From positions 79,608,001 to 79,672,000 of the forward strand of contig OX597820.1 in the NCBI GenBank assembly GCA_951406725.2: a DNA stretch of 64,000 nt, read 5' to 3'. This DNA comes from Octopus vulgaris (lineage: Eukaryota). This document shows positions 51,910 through 64,000 of this stretch, piece by piece; within the stretch, counting starts at the first letter, position 1, and each line of letters starts with the position of its first letter. The position numbers were made by a program, and so were the translations under genes. The notes under the pieces were generated by a model. The model made no database searches. It was given only the letters and a program-made list of their open reading frames with translations, and was not told the DNA's origin.

Positions 51910-52212
51910 GGAGGCGCAATGGCCCAGTGGTTAGGGCAGTGGACTCACGGTTGTAGGATCGTGGTTTCGAATCTCCGACCGGGCATTGTGAGTGTTTATT
52001 GACCGAAAACACCTACAGCTCCATGCGGCTCCGGCAGTGGGTAGTGGCGATCCCTGCTGTACTCTTTCACCACAACTTTCTCTCACTCTTTCTTCTGTTG
52101 GCCTGCTTGCTTAGCCAGCGGGGTGACGTCATTTGAAGGCTAAAACAGTGTGAAGCGCATTGTGACCAGCGATGTGTAGCAACATCTGATAGCCTGGTCG
52201 GTCACGGTGACG
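51910..52212 (+). mobile_element. tRNA-derived SINE (family D), near full length
   Basis: GGAGGCGCAATGGCCCAGTGGTTAGGGCAG A-box region and GGTTTCGAATC B-box-like; flanked by TA/TG repeats. Confidence 0.8.
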
Positions 52213-52547
52213 GAGATATATATATATGTACACACATACAGGTCCTCCACAAATCAAGGCATGAATAAGCGATTTTGAGTGGTTTCCACATTTAACAGAA
52301 TTTCTCCAGTGGAAATCTAGTATAGTAGAATTTTTTTGCAATTAATAGGTGCAAGTGTCACTGTGTGGTGAGAATCTTGTGTCTCAATTACGTGGTTTCA
52401 GGTTCAGATCTACTGCACAGTGGCTTAGGCAAGTGTCTTCTGTTATAGCTCCTGGGTGTCCAAAATATTGTGAGTAAATTTGGTTGATGGAAACCATGCA
52501 AAACTGGTCGTGTATATATATATATATATATATATCTGTCTATCTAT

Positions 52548-52634
<87 letters not shown>

Positions 52635-53792
52635 CATGTTTTTATAATTCTTTTATACGTTTCATCTCCTAGGCTGTGGCCTTGCTGGAGTACTGCCAGT
52701 GAACTATAACAAAATAAATTTGAAAAATTTAAGTTCCAGCAAGTTATATATATATATATATCTTAGTCTGTGCTAGTGCGGTTTGTTAACCACCACCACC
52801 ACCACCATTGCTAGACAGCCGGTGTTGGTTTGTTTACGTCCCCGTAACATTGAGGATTGGCAGAAGAGCCCAATAGAATAAGTACCAGCTTTAAGATAAA
52901 TACTAGGCGGGATTAAACCTCCAACGCAATGCTCCAGCATGGCCGCAGTCCAATGTGTGAAGCAAGTAAAAGAAGATAAAGCAAAAAAAAAAAAAAATTG
53001 TTTAATTGTCAAATTGTATTATTATAAATTATTAAGCATTTTGTCAAGTTTATACGTTCCTCAACAAGTTTATATTTAACAAAACAGTTTGTGGTATTCA
53101 GAAATAGTAGGTCAGCTCAGAAAGTAGAACAAGTCACGCACTTCCTCTGTGCAGTTTTTATTTTCTTAGTAAGCAGCTGAATAAACTTCGTTCGTCTTTA
53201 CAAAAATAACTTTTTAGAAAATGACGTGGTGGTATTTGTATACGGGAGTTAACTGGGTAAAAATTTTAAATAATAAGTAGTTATCTCCCTTACTGTAATA
53301 GTTCGTAATAGTTGCGTACATAAATTATTAATTAATTAACCGAAAGACGTATGATTGTGTGGATATGAAGCTTGCTTTCTCAGCCATGTGCTTTCTGGCT
53401 CAGTCCCACTGCATGGCATTTTGGGCAAGTGTCTTCTAATGGATTTGGTTGACAGAAACTGAAAAGAGCCCCTGTCATCATCATCATCACCTTCATCATT
53501 TAACGTCCGCTTTCCATGCTGGCATGGGTTAGACGGTTTGACTGAGGTCTGGAGAGCCAGGAGGCTGCACCAGGCTCCTGTCTGATCTGGCAGTGTTTCT
53601 ACAGCTGGATGCCCTTCCTAACGCCAACCACTCGAAGAGTGTAGCGGGTGCCTTGTAGGCGCTACCGGCTCGGGAGCCAGTCAGGTGGCACTGGCATCGA
53701 CCACGTTCGAATGGTGCTTTTTATGTGCTGCCGGCACGGAGAGCCAGTCAGGCGGCACTGGCAACGACCCTATGTGTGTATGTGTATGTTGT

Positions 53793-53835
<43 letters not shown>

Positions 53836-54899
53836 TCTCCTTGCCCTGGAATCATGTGATAATTGTAAATGATAGTCATCGTCATATAAGAAATTTTTTT
53901 CGTTTCCAATATTCTGCAAAACTGTGTCTGGCTATAGGGAAGCATTATCTTGCTCAGAAACAGTTGAGGGTTAGCAACAGGAAGAGCACCTGGCTGTTAC
54001 AAGTCTGTTACAAGTCTTTGTCCAACTCATAACAAGTATGGAGAAGTGGACATTAAAACAATGACTGCAACAATACAAATTTTAGAGATAAATACTATTG
54101 TTTCATTCAACCAAAGGCTTCGTTTGTAGATACTCTTTTCTACTCTAGGCACAAGGCCTGAAAATTCTGGGGAGTTGGGGACTGTCGATTAGGTTGACCG
54201 AAGTATGCAACTGGTACTTAATTTATTGACCCCGGAAGGATGAAAGGCAAAGTCGACCATAGCGGAATTTGAATACAGAGTGTAAAGTCAGACGAAATAC
54301 CGCTAAGTATTTTGCCTGGCATGCTAACAATTCTGCCAACTTGCTGCTTTACTACTACTACTACAAATAATAATAATAATAATAATAACAATATTTTTTT
54401 CTACTCTAAGCGCAAGGCCCCAAATTTTTTGGGAGGGGGGCCAGTGATTAGATCGACCCCAGCACACAAATGGTACTTAATTTATCGGCCCTGGAAGGAT
54501 GAAAGACAAAGTTGACCTCAACAGAATTTGAACACAGAACGTAAAGACAGACGAAATACTGCTAAGCATTTCGCTCGGTGTGCTAATGATTCTGCCAGCT
54601 CACTGCCTTACCTTGCTTGTAGATAGATATTGACCCAGCCTTAATGGATGATTTTCAAAGTTGGCCTTGCTATAATTTTCTAAACTTATATATTGAACTC
54701 TTCTCTCTCAGAAACTCATCATAAAGGTTAAGATTACTTTGTACTTGTAATCAAACTGCTACTTGTAATCAATTTGATTTTAGTTCATAAATTCTTTCCC
54801 TACATCCCCAGTTTTTTAAAATATATATTTCACATTATGTAGTTATTTTTTATTTAATAATTTTGATTATTTCTTTTTTTTTTCTTTTTTAAAGCAATT

Positions 54900-54971
54900 A
54901 TGCCGACCAAATATTTCATTCAGAATAAGCGTAAGAGTTTAGACCAAGATTTCTTTGCTGATTGTATGCAG
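54900..54971 (+). CDS. Uncharacterised about 205-aa protein, coding exon 1 (MPTKYFIQNKRKSLDQDFFADCMQ)
   Basis: Long poly-T acceptor ending AAAG at 54894, ATG at 54900, CAG|GTAAGT donor, phase 0. Confidence 0.8.
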
Positions 54972-55869
54972 GTAAGTTCTTTTTTTTTTTTATTTATTGC
55001 ATGCAGGTGAACTGGAAATTAAAATTATGGTAAATACAATTGGAAGGACCTAATTAGTTGCTTGGATAAAGTATCAGACTTGGAGCTGAAGGCTTGACAA
55101 TTTGTATTATAGTGCTGCACCGTGATCTACGATAATCATCATCGGCATTAAACGTCCACTTTCCATGCTGGCATGGGTGGGATGGTTTAAGAGGAGCTGG
55201 CCAGGCAGAAGCTTGCTCCAGACTCCTGTGTCTGTTTTGGCAGGATTTTTCCAGCTGGATGCCCTTCCTAACACCAACCACTCTGCCGAGTGAACTTTGT
55301 GCTTTTTACATGGCCCAAGCACAGGCAAGGTCAGTTTTGGCAGGGTTTTTACAGCTGGATGCCCTTCCAAACACCAACCTGTTTACAGTGTGGACTGGGT
55401 GCTTTTTAAGTGGCACCTGCACTGACAGAGTCACCAAGTAACTTGCACTTTATAAACTGGAAGTTGGCAACCTCACTAGTGCTGGTGGCACATAAAAAAA
55501 CACCTTGTACACACTGTAAAATGGTTGGCATTAGGAAGGGAATCCGGCTGTAGAAACCATGCCAAACCAGACTATGGAACCTGGTGCAGCTCTGCAGTCT
55601 GTCAGATCCTGTCGAACCGTCCAACCCATACTAGCATGGAAAACAGATGTTAAGTAATGATGACGATAATGAAACTTAATTATAAGATCATCTGAAATAC
55701 AGTATCACCACTTTTTTTGTTATATGATAAAAGTGAGAGACTAATTTATAAAGAGACAGTTTTTGAAAACATGCATCAGTAGAACAATTGGAGAACATTG
55801 CTTACAATACCTGGATGAAGCCATCATCTTGGAGACACTTGTTTTTTTCACAGCCATGCTTGTAAAGAA

Positions 55870-56415
55870 ACTTTTAAAATATCAAGGAATGTCTCCTTGT
55901 GTCACATGGTGTATGAGCCAGCAGGTAGGATAATCTGTGGTATTGAGCAGAATATATCCTGTAGCCCATCTTTGTCTGGAGCTGTAGCACTCTCTGCCAA
56001 TTATTCATGTAATGTGTTATATATCTTATAATTATTGGTGCTATCTTGTCCATCGCTAGAGTTTATAGGATCCATGTGTGGGGAATACTATCAAAAGCCT
56101 TTCGGTAATCGATCCAGGCCAGACTTAGATCCTTCTTCTTTCTGCAACTGTCTTCAGTTATGGCTTTATTGATCAGCAGCATCCCTTCTGCTCTTCTGAA
56201 GCAGGTTGTTTTTTTTGCATGATATTTGCCTATTCTCTGCGATATTATTGCTGTAAAGGCTTTGTAAATTGTAGGGAGACAAGTTATCAGTCTGTAATTT
56301 TGTAGGTTTGCCATTTAAGTGGATTTGGAAATTAGGATAATTTTTCCTTCCACAAGCCATTCAGGCATTGTCTCCAGCTCTGCTAGTATGTCATTATATT
56401 TTTCGGCCAGCTTTT
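55870..56415 (-). mobile_element. R4/Dong-like LINE RT fragment
   Basis: NYRLITCLPTIYK...LSLAWIDYRKAFDSIPHTWIL. Confidence 0.8.
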
Positions 56416-56434
56416 TGTTGTTGTTATTGTTATT

Positions 56435-56466
<32 letters not shown>

Positions 56467-56485
56467 TATTATTTTTATTTTGTAG

Positions 56486-56548
56486 AATGATCAAAAACGG
56501 CAATGTTTAGGACTTCTGAACTATGACAGAGGTTGTGAATGGAAACAG
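56486..56548 (+). CDS. Uncharacterised protein, coding exon 2 (NDQKRQCLGLLNYDRGCEWKQ)
   Basis: TTTTATTTTGTAG| acceptor, CAG|GTAAGT donor, 63 nt, phase 0-0, open. Confidence 0.75.
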
Positions 56549-57011
56549 GTAAGTTTGATCTATGCTGACATTATGAGTCACCCCCACCCCACACACACAC
56601 ACTTACACACTCATGCACATAGCTGTGTGGCTAAAAAACCTTAGAACCTTATGATTTAAGATTCAGTCCCACTGCATGACATTTTGGGCAAGTATCTTCA
56701 CCTATAACCTGGGGTCAACCAATGTCTTGTGAATGGATTTGGTTGAAAGAAACTGTTTGGAAACCTGTCACACACACACACGTGCATGTCTTTCTGTTTG
56801 TGTTTATCTTCCCACCACAAGTTTTAGAGATAAGCATTGTTGATTCATTCAATCCAAAACTTCACTTGTAGATATTGAACCAGCCTTAATGGATGATTTC
56901 CAAAGTTGGCTGTGGTATAATTTTTTAAACTTAGAACGCAATATAACAAAATTCTTCTAAGTATTTTCTCCTTTGTACTTCCAATTTTGCATTCCTCTAC
57001 TCTTAACTAAT

Positions 57012-57050
<39 letters not shown>

Positions 57051-57055
<5 letters not shown>

Positions 57056-57340
57056 GGGAAGAATTTGGAGCATGCAAGCAGTAATAGTTGTGCCTATAAT
57101 AATTGGTGCGTTGGGAACAGTAAACCAAGATATAGACAAATGGCTGGAGGAGATTGAAATAGAATGCCCGGTAGAGTTCCAAAAGAAAGTTTGTCTCTTA
57201 GGGACAGCAAGGATTATCAGGAGGATTCTAAGCACTTGAAAGGCAGCTGAAAACTAGTGGATACCTAAAGTTACAGGTAGTAACCTGCTACCCACATAAT
57301 TCTTAACAGGAATAAGACCGAACCTGAGCTAAACTTTAAA
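57051..57340 (+). mobile_element. R4/Dong-like LINE 3' end in (AAT)n
   Basis: VVPIIIGALGTV...FQKKVCLLGTARIIRRILST*. Confidence 0.8.
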
Positions 57341-57389
57341 AAAAAAAAAAAAAAAAAAATAATAATAATAATAAGAAGAAGAAGAAGGA

Positions 57390-58190
57390 ACTACCAGACC
57401 AACATATTAAAGGATGGCTACTTCCCAACATGTCATGTATGTCAACAACAAAATGAAACCATTGATCATGTCTCTAAGTGCAGTCTTCTTGCGCCTACAG
57501 AGCATCTCCACAGGCATGATAGAGCTGCACAATATATTCACTGGGTAATTTGCAAAAACCTGGACTTGCCCCATGATAAAAACTGGTGGGAACACAAACC
57601 ACCTCCAGTGCTTGAAAATGATCACATCTCACTCCTCTGGAACTTCCCCATTCAAACTGACAGAAAGATAGATGCAAATAGGCCAGACATCATATTGAAA
57701 GACTTCAGACAAAAATCATGCTTCCTCATTGATATGACTGCCCCAATCGATATAAACGTATTTGTCAAGACCTACCAAAAACTGAGCAAGTATAAAGATC
57801 TTGAAATAGAAATTAGCAAAATGTGGGCCCTGAAGACTAAAACAATACCTGTTGTCATAGGTACCCTGGGAATGATAACAAAAGGGGCTGATTGCTACCT
57901 AGCTCAGATACCAGGAAACCCCAAAATGGCAACAATTCAAAAGATAGTGCACATGGGAACTGCCCATGTCCTACGCAAAATACTATCTATGTAATCTCAA
58001 GTTTTAAAGCAAACACGTAATTTTCTTATGGTTTCTTAAACATTCTCTAGAACAACACTATGTACAAAACCAAATATATGGCACCCTAGGTATAACACCG
58101 ACATGAACTTCTAACTTGTTGTCTTTTGAGGTCTATGGGTGAGACTTGGAGCCAGCTTGTACAAATGTAAAGCAAAAGTCAAACATAAAA
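57390..58190 (+). mobile_element. R4/Dong-like LINE 3' portion (CCHC plus restriction-like endonuclease) in (AAT)n
   Basis: CQQQNETIDH...HRHD, then ORF 57566..57994 with RPDIILKD...LIDMTAP...KLSKYKDL...PVVIGTLG. Confidence 0.9.
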
Positions 58191-58849
58191 TAATAATAAT
58201 AATAATGATTTCTAACTTAAGTTTATACCAACAAATTCTGGGAAGAGTGTAGTCTGTTAAATCGACCACACAACTCGACTGATACAACTGATATTTTAAT
58301 TTTCATCGACTCTTGAATGGGAAGATGAAGTAAGTTGACCAGGAGAGGACTTCAAAACGTAAAGGGAGGTAATAGTTGTGTTACACTTATCAGCAAGGGA
58401 CATGACTCTGACAGTCGGGTTTCTCTTTTTTTTTACAGATAGACCACTGTCTCTGAACCATTTCTTTACCTATGTACCCCTTTGATTGCTATTTTACTCT
58501 GGTGGACCCCACCAAAACCATTTGATATTTAACGACTAATCTTATAGATACTTCTTTCGCAGTTCCTATTTTGTCTTTCACCCATTCACTTGTGCCAGTT
58601 TGCAATAACACTCTCTGAGGGAATGTTTCAGTAATTGGAAGCATGTTGAACTGTGTAAAGTATTAGAGAAAGAAACTTAATTGTTTCTCACAATAAATAC
58701 GCCTGAATCCCTAAAAACGGTGCAGACCCCCAATTTACTATTTTGCTGAGTGGGGTGGGGGTGGGTGGGGGAGTTTATCCCGTTTGAGAACTGCTGATTG
58801 TTGATCCTAAATGTTTAAGAAGGAAACCAGCAGTGGTATAATTATAATA

Positions 58850-59100
58850 ATAATAAACATTGTGTACAGTGCTCAGGTGCACTACAACTCATCTAAAGTG
58901 CATATATAATCAGGTGTAGTTACGATGGATTTCGGGAAGCATGAGGGCCTTAAAGGATGCAGTGTCATGGCAGTCAACAACTGACGCAGGCAGTTTATTC
59001 CATGCTTCAGCAACTCTGAGCGTGAAGAAATGTTTCCGAAAGTCATGGGAGCTGTGTTGTTTTCTGACTTTGTAGGCATGTCCACGTGTGTTAGACACGG
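58850..59100 (-). mobile_element. CR1-clade LINE 3' end
   Basis: SNTRGHAYKVRKQHSSHDFRKHFFTLRVAEAWNKLP. Confidence 0.85.
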
Positions 59101-59992
59101 GCAGTTTTTGAGTTTACTGCCTCCCTTCCCCAGGTCTTACAGCCTATATGAGCTTATACAGTAGATTCGAAAGTGCCATGCCCCATTTGGCCCTTTCCCT
59201 AGCTATGTTACTGGAAACAAGCTGTTAAGACAGCTACTTCTGCAAAGAATTCTCTCCTCTCTTATTGAAAAAAAATTTTGTTTGCAGAAAATCAAGGCCA
59301 AAACAGAAAAATAAATGACTCGAAAAGTGACAACTCTCAGAGATGAGACTGCGGTCATGCTGGGGCACAGCCTCGAAGAATTTTTAGTTGAATGAATTGC
59401 CTCTAGTCCTTACTTTTTTAGAAACTTGTTACTTATTCTATGGACTCTGTTTGTCAAACCGTTAAATTACAAGGACTTAAATCAATATCTGTTGTCAAGC
59501 AGTGGTGGTGGTAGGGGACAACCACAGACATGAAGATATACACACGCGTATGTGTGTGTTTGTGTATACACGATTGGCTTCCTTCAGTTTCTTCCTATGA
59601 AATCCACACAAGGCTTTGCTTGGCTCGTGGCTATTGTACAAGACGACACTTGGCCAAGGTGTCATGGGAATTTTGTTTATAGTCCTTTCTATGTTTAACC
59701 TTTTAGCATTCAGATTACTCCATCAAATGTAATGCTTGTATATTTACATTATTTTTGAATTACATATTATTTTGTAGCTTTGATATTTCAACTATATGAC
59801 TCTTTACTTTAGGTATGACATTGTAGGGTAGATGTAAAAGGCCAGATCTGGTTAGCTTGGGCATAAAACAGGAAGGATATTACGACCGGATGTTACAGCT
59901 GGTTTAAATGCTAAAGGTTTAAACATTGATTTGCTTGATTGAACTTAACTTGGTGAAAAATAAATGTTTTTTTTTTTTCTGTATGTATTTAG

Positions 59993-60250
59993 GAAGAATC
60001 TGTTGCCGAAATAAACCCGGCATCAGATATGGAAGAAACTATGGAAGAAGGTGAAGTTAGCAATGGCTGTGGAATGATGCAATTAGAAAATAGCAGCAAT
60101 GGCTTCAGCAACAACAACAACAACAACAACAACAGCAGCATTGTCAATGAAAACAACAATAACACTTTTCATCATCAACAACTTCAGCAACCAACAGACT
60201 TTGCTTCATGTGATGAAACTACATTCGTCCAGGACCCTAAACACAATGAG
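59993..60250 (+). CDS. Uncharacterised protein, coding exon 3 (EESVAEINP...poly-N...DPKHNE)
   Basis: Poly-T acceptor ..TATTTAG|, 258 nt open in phase 0, GAG|GTAAAA donor; overlaps ORF 60029..60298. Confidence 0.85.
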
Positions 60251-61831
60251 GTAAAATATCAGACTTTATCAATTGTTTTCACTTTGTCAAATGCGTAAAG
60301 GCATAGTTTTGGTGTGTCATGGTTTGACCTTTCTTTGTAGAGAAAGCTTATCCACAATCATCTAGTTCCTCCTCCTCCTCCTTCCCTCCTCCCCGCACCC
60401 CTCCCCCTCCCACCACCACCACCAGAATTCTTTTAACTAACTTTCAGGTGGAAATACAAGCTTGTTATGGAATCCTTCCTGAGTTATATAGACTCATAGG
60501 GGCCAGTCTCCTGGATTCTGTAGCATATAATATATTCTCTCAGATAGATATCACTCCATCAATATTGCCTATTGAGTGGACTGGAGCAACGTGTAATGAA
60601 GTGACTTGCTCAAGAACACAATGTGTTGTCTGGTCCAGGAATTAAATCCACAATTTTAGGATGGAAACAACATTTGAGCGTGGTTGTTGCCAGTGCTGCC
60701 AGACTGGCTCCCATGTTGGTGGCACATAAAAAGCACCATTTGAGCATGGTCATTGCCAGTGCCACCGGACTGGCTCCTGTGCTGGTGGCATGTAAAAAAC
60801 ACCTTTTGAGCATGGTTGTTGCCAGTACCACCTGACTGGCCTACGTGTCGGTGGCACGTAAAAGCACCCACTACACTCTTGGAGAGGTTGGCATTAGGAA
60901 GAGGATCCAGCTGTAGAAACTTTGCCAGATCAGACTGAGTGAGCCTGGTGCAGCCTTCTGGCTCAACAGTCCTCAGTCAAACCATCCAACCCATGCCAGC
61001 ATGGAAAGCAGATGTTAAACAATGATGATGAGGATGATGACTCCAATGCTGTAACCATTAATCCATGCACCTTCTCAAGTTTGTTATAGCTGCCATGAAG
61101 AGCGAGAAGAGACTGATGGCTTACAACTATTTTAGGAATTACCTAAAATGATATGATGATACACATTAACGGCTGGTTGTAGTAAATTCTGGACTCCAGG
61201 CCTAATTGTATGGCTTTGTTGGTCAATTAAAAATCTGTAAATTGCAAAATAAGGAAACTAAAAGAATACAAATTAAGTTTTATTAAAATAAAATCTTGTA
61301 ACTTAATTTAATGCATTCTTTCATCATCGTCAATTAACATCCACTTTTCCATGCTTGCATGGGTCAGAAGAAATTTGTTGTGACTGAATTTTATGGTTGG
61401 ATGCTTTTCCTGTTGCCCATCTTCACCTGTTTCCAAGTGAAGTAATATTTTCCCATGGCTGGATGTGTTTTTCATCATGATGATGATGATAACGATGCTC
61501 ATTTACAATAATCATGTGATCTCTACTGATGAGTACACACACAAACTTCTTACAGGGTTTTGGTGAGCCTGAGGCTACAGTGGAAGATACTTACTCGAAG
61601 TACTGTGTAATGGGACTGAACCCAAGACCACAGGGTTGGGAAGCAAGCCTCTTAACCACACAGCCATGTTTGCACTTTTAGATATAAGAACCCAATCCAT
61701 TTTGGATGGAATCTGGTTCTTCCTTTTAGTTCCTTCCTTTCAGTAGGATCTACTTTGATTTAATATTCGACTAAAAAGATGTTTTCTTTTCTCTTTTAAT
61801 TTGTTTATTAATGTCTTTTTTTGTCTTGTAG

Positions 61832-61953
61832 CAGAATTCAGATTCTAAATCAAAGGAATCGTACCAAATACAGTCTGAGAGTTCATCATCTTCAACACCA
61901 ACTTATTATCAGAAATTTAATACCACTTTAGGGCCAGCAGATAGGTTCTGTGT
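61832..61953 (+). CDS. Uncharacterised protein, coding exon 4 (QNSDSKSKES...LGPADRFCV)
   Basis: TAG|CAG tandem acceptor, open in phase 0, GT|GTAAGT donor, ends in phase 2. Confidence 0.8.
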
Positions 61954-62629
61954 GTAAGTTTTGATTCTGCCTTCCTGTTATTATCTTGGTTTCAATCTCT
62001 TTTTGGTTTCCATAATACTGCTGTATATATATATATATGTATCATCATCATCATCATCATTTAATGGCCGCTTTCCATGCTAGCATGGGTTGGACGGTTC
62101 GACCGGGGTCTGGGAAGCCAGGAGGCTGCACCAGGCTCCAGTCTGAGCTGGCAGTGTTTCTACACCTGGATGCCCTTCCTAAAAGTAAAAGATGCCTAAC
62201 TGTACATATACATACATATATAAAAGTAAAAAGTAAAAGACTCAAAAGGAAGAGTATGTACGGTTAGGCATCTTTTACTTTTTACTTTTTATTTTCACAC
62301 ACGAGGAATACTTATGACTAGAATTGGTAGCATACCATAAAAATACTACCAGTTATTTGGGAATTCTATTTACAGAGCAGGATTGTAGGAGCACAAAAAA
62401 AATACAAACTGTGCCAAGTGCAGTACTGTGTAATGGGACTGAACCCAAGACCACAGGGTTGGGAAGTGCAGTCCCAGCAGACCTTCAGCAGAGCCTTCCA
62501 AGCAGGCATTGGACTGATTGGCTACAGCTGGACACACTGTGCCCTGTCTGTCTTCTTATGTGATGTCCTTGGTCATCGCTGACAACAAGCGATGAACTAA
62601 TAATAAGTGAGTGTGTGTGTGTGTGTGCG

Positions 62630-62683
<54 letters not shown>

Positions 62684-62765
62684 TGTGTTTGTGTGTGTGG
62701 ACTTATATGGAAGCTTTGTTAAATATCTAATCTTCATTTTCCTGTTTTCTTTTTTTTTATTGCAG

Positions 62766-62868
62766 AGGTGGTGCATTTGGCTACCAACTTGGGCTGAATC
62801 GTTCCTACTGCAAGCCCTCTTGGGACACTATAGCTGATATGAGGACTTATGTGTCAGACTATTACTGA
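62766..62868 (+). CDS. Uncharacterised protein, terminal coding exon (GGAFGYQLGLNRSYCKPSWDTIADMRTYVSDYY*)
   Basis: TTTTATTGCAG| acceptor, phase 2 matches exon 4, TGA at 62866-62868, followed by an AU-rich repeat-free 3' UTR-like region. Confidence 0.8.
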
Positions 62869-64000
62869 GATTAAGTTGATGTTTAATTTTTTTTGTTGTA
62901 AAGTTTTTTTAATTTTCTTTCATTCTTCATTTTATGTGACTCTTTGTTCACACCTTCATTATTATTTTTATAAAATACCAGCTGATTATATTATATTATA
63001 AATATCTCAAAGTTTTTTTTTTCCTCTTTGAAATCATATTTTCACACACCTTTTAAATTCATAATTGTTCATATAAAAAAAAAGATAGAAGAGATATTCA
63101 AATCTCTTTGAAATTAAAATATTTTCAATGGTTCTGGGGGACTTGTCATTTGATGATGGGGGATTTAAAGAAAAAGTTGGAAGAAAAAAGTGGAAACACA
63201 ACGACCGTCTGGTTAAGGTGCTGGAGACACATGCAAATGTTGCTGCAGTTGTTGTTCTCTGTCCTTGGACAAGAGACATTTTTTGTGTAAACTCCAGTCT
63301 TAGTAATTGACAACAGGTTCCCCATTCTTACTTCACATTTGTGTTGTGTATCAGCTGGTGTTGGAAGAGCACTAACTTCAACAATATGAAAAAAAGAAAT
63401 TGAAAAAAAAAAAACAAACCCAGAAACCCAGAATTAATATTTCCAAAGATCCATCCCCACCTATATCTGTATGAAATGGTGGAGAGTAAAGGAGTTAAAG
63501 AAAAAAAAACTCGGAAAAGGAAAAAAAATGAAAAATAATTTTCTTTTCTTTTTTTTTTAATTGGTTTGTATATTTATGTTTAAGAATCACAAATAGCTGA
63601 GTTGGTTAAGCATCGGCATTAATGGATTTTAGTCTCTTCCTGGCTCTGTAGAATGCTCAGTTAAGTTTGCCCAACTATAAATGAGCAATGAAGTTCAGTG
63701 TAGTTCCCTACTGAAACCATTGACATCAATGTATAACTAATATAGTCAAGAGTGTCTTGTTAAGTTATAGTAATCACCTGATCAACCAGACTATCAGACG
63801 TTGTTATACCTCACTGGTCACAGTGCACTTTGCATCGTTTTTAGGCTTTCAAATGGTGCCATCCCACTGGTTAGGCAAGCCAGTCCATCACAGGGTCACC
63901 CATTCACAGCCGAGCAGACTGGAACAATGTGAAGTGAAGGGTTTTGCTCAAGAACTTTTAATATTCAACTCAAATGTTGTTTTGGTTTGGAGTGTGGGGG

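Noticed and set aside
57566-57994. 142-aa ORF as a host nuclease gene
   Set aside because: It is the RLE domain of a truncated, frameshifted R4/Dong-like LINE within an intron.

Overview
AT-rich, repeat-dense eukaryotic DNA. The SINE families and LINE relics are consistent with an octopus (coleoid cephalopod) genome; this is an inference. One spliced protein-coding gene can be reconstructed on the + strand from five phase-compatible GT-AG exons (54900-62868, about 205 aa, no recognisable family). A repeat-poor, CpG-retaining block at about 8.7-11.3 kb looks like a possibly bidirectional promoter. The rest is several tRNA-SINE families, decayed RTE, Tx1/L1, CR1, R4/Dong and Penelope retroelements, Helitron/hAT/piggyBac/Merlin/Tc1-mariner relics and long microsatellites; most ORF-track entries are microsatellite or SINE artefacts. 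The most striking signal is a short non-coding retroelement present twice (20365-20736, 33784-34244). It joins a tRNA-like Pol III head to a Penelope-type minimal hammerhead ribozyme, carries an inverted duplicate of its 3' part at its 5' end, and sits in 10-13 bp target-site duplications, making it a candidate Penelope-mobilised ribozyme SINE. A second, unrelated fold-back element (44431-44778) also has a hammerhead-like core in its loop. Coordinates were read by eye; repeat boundaries are approximate.
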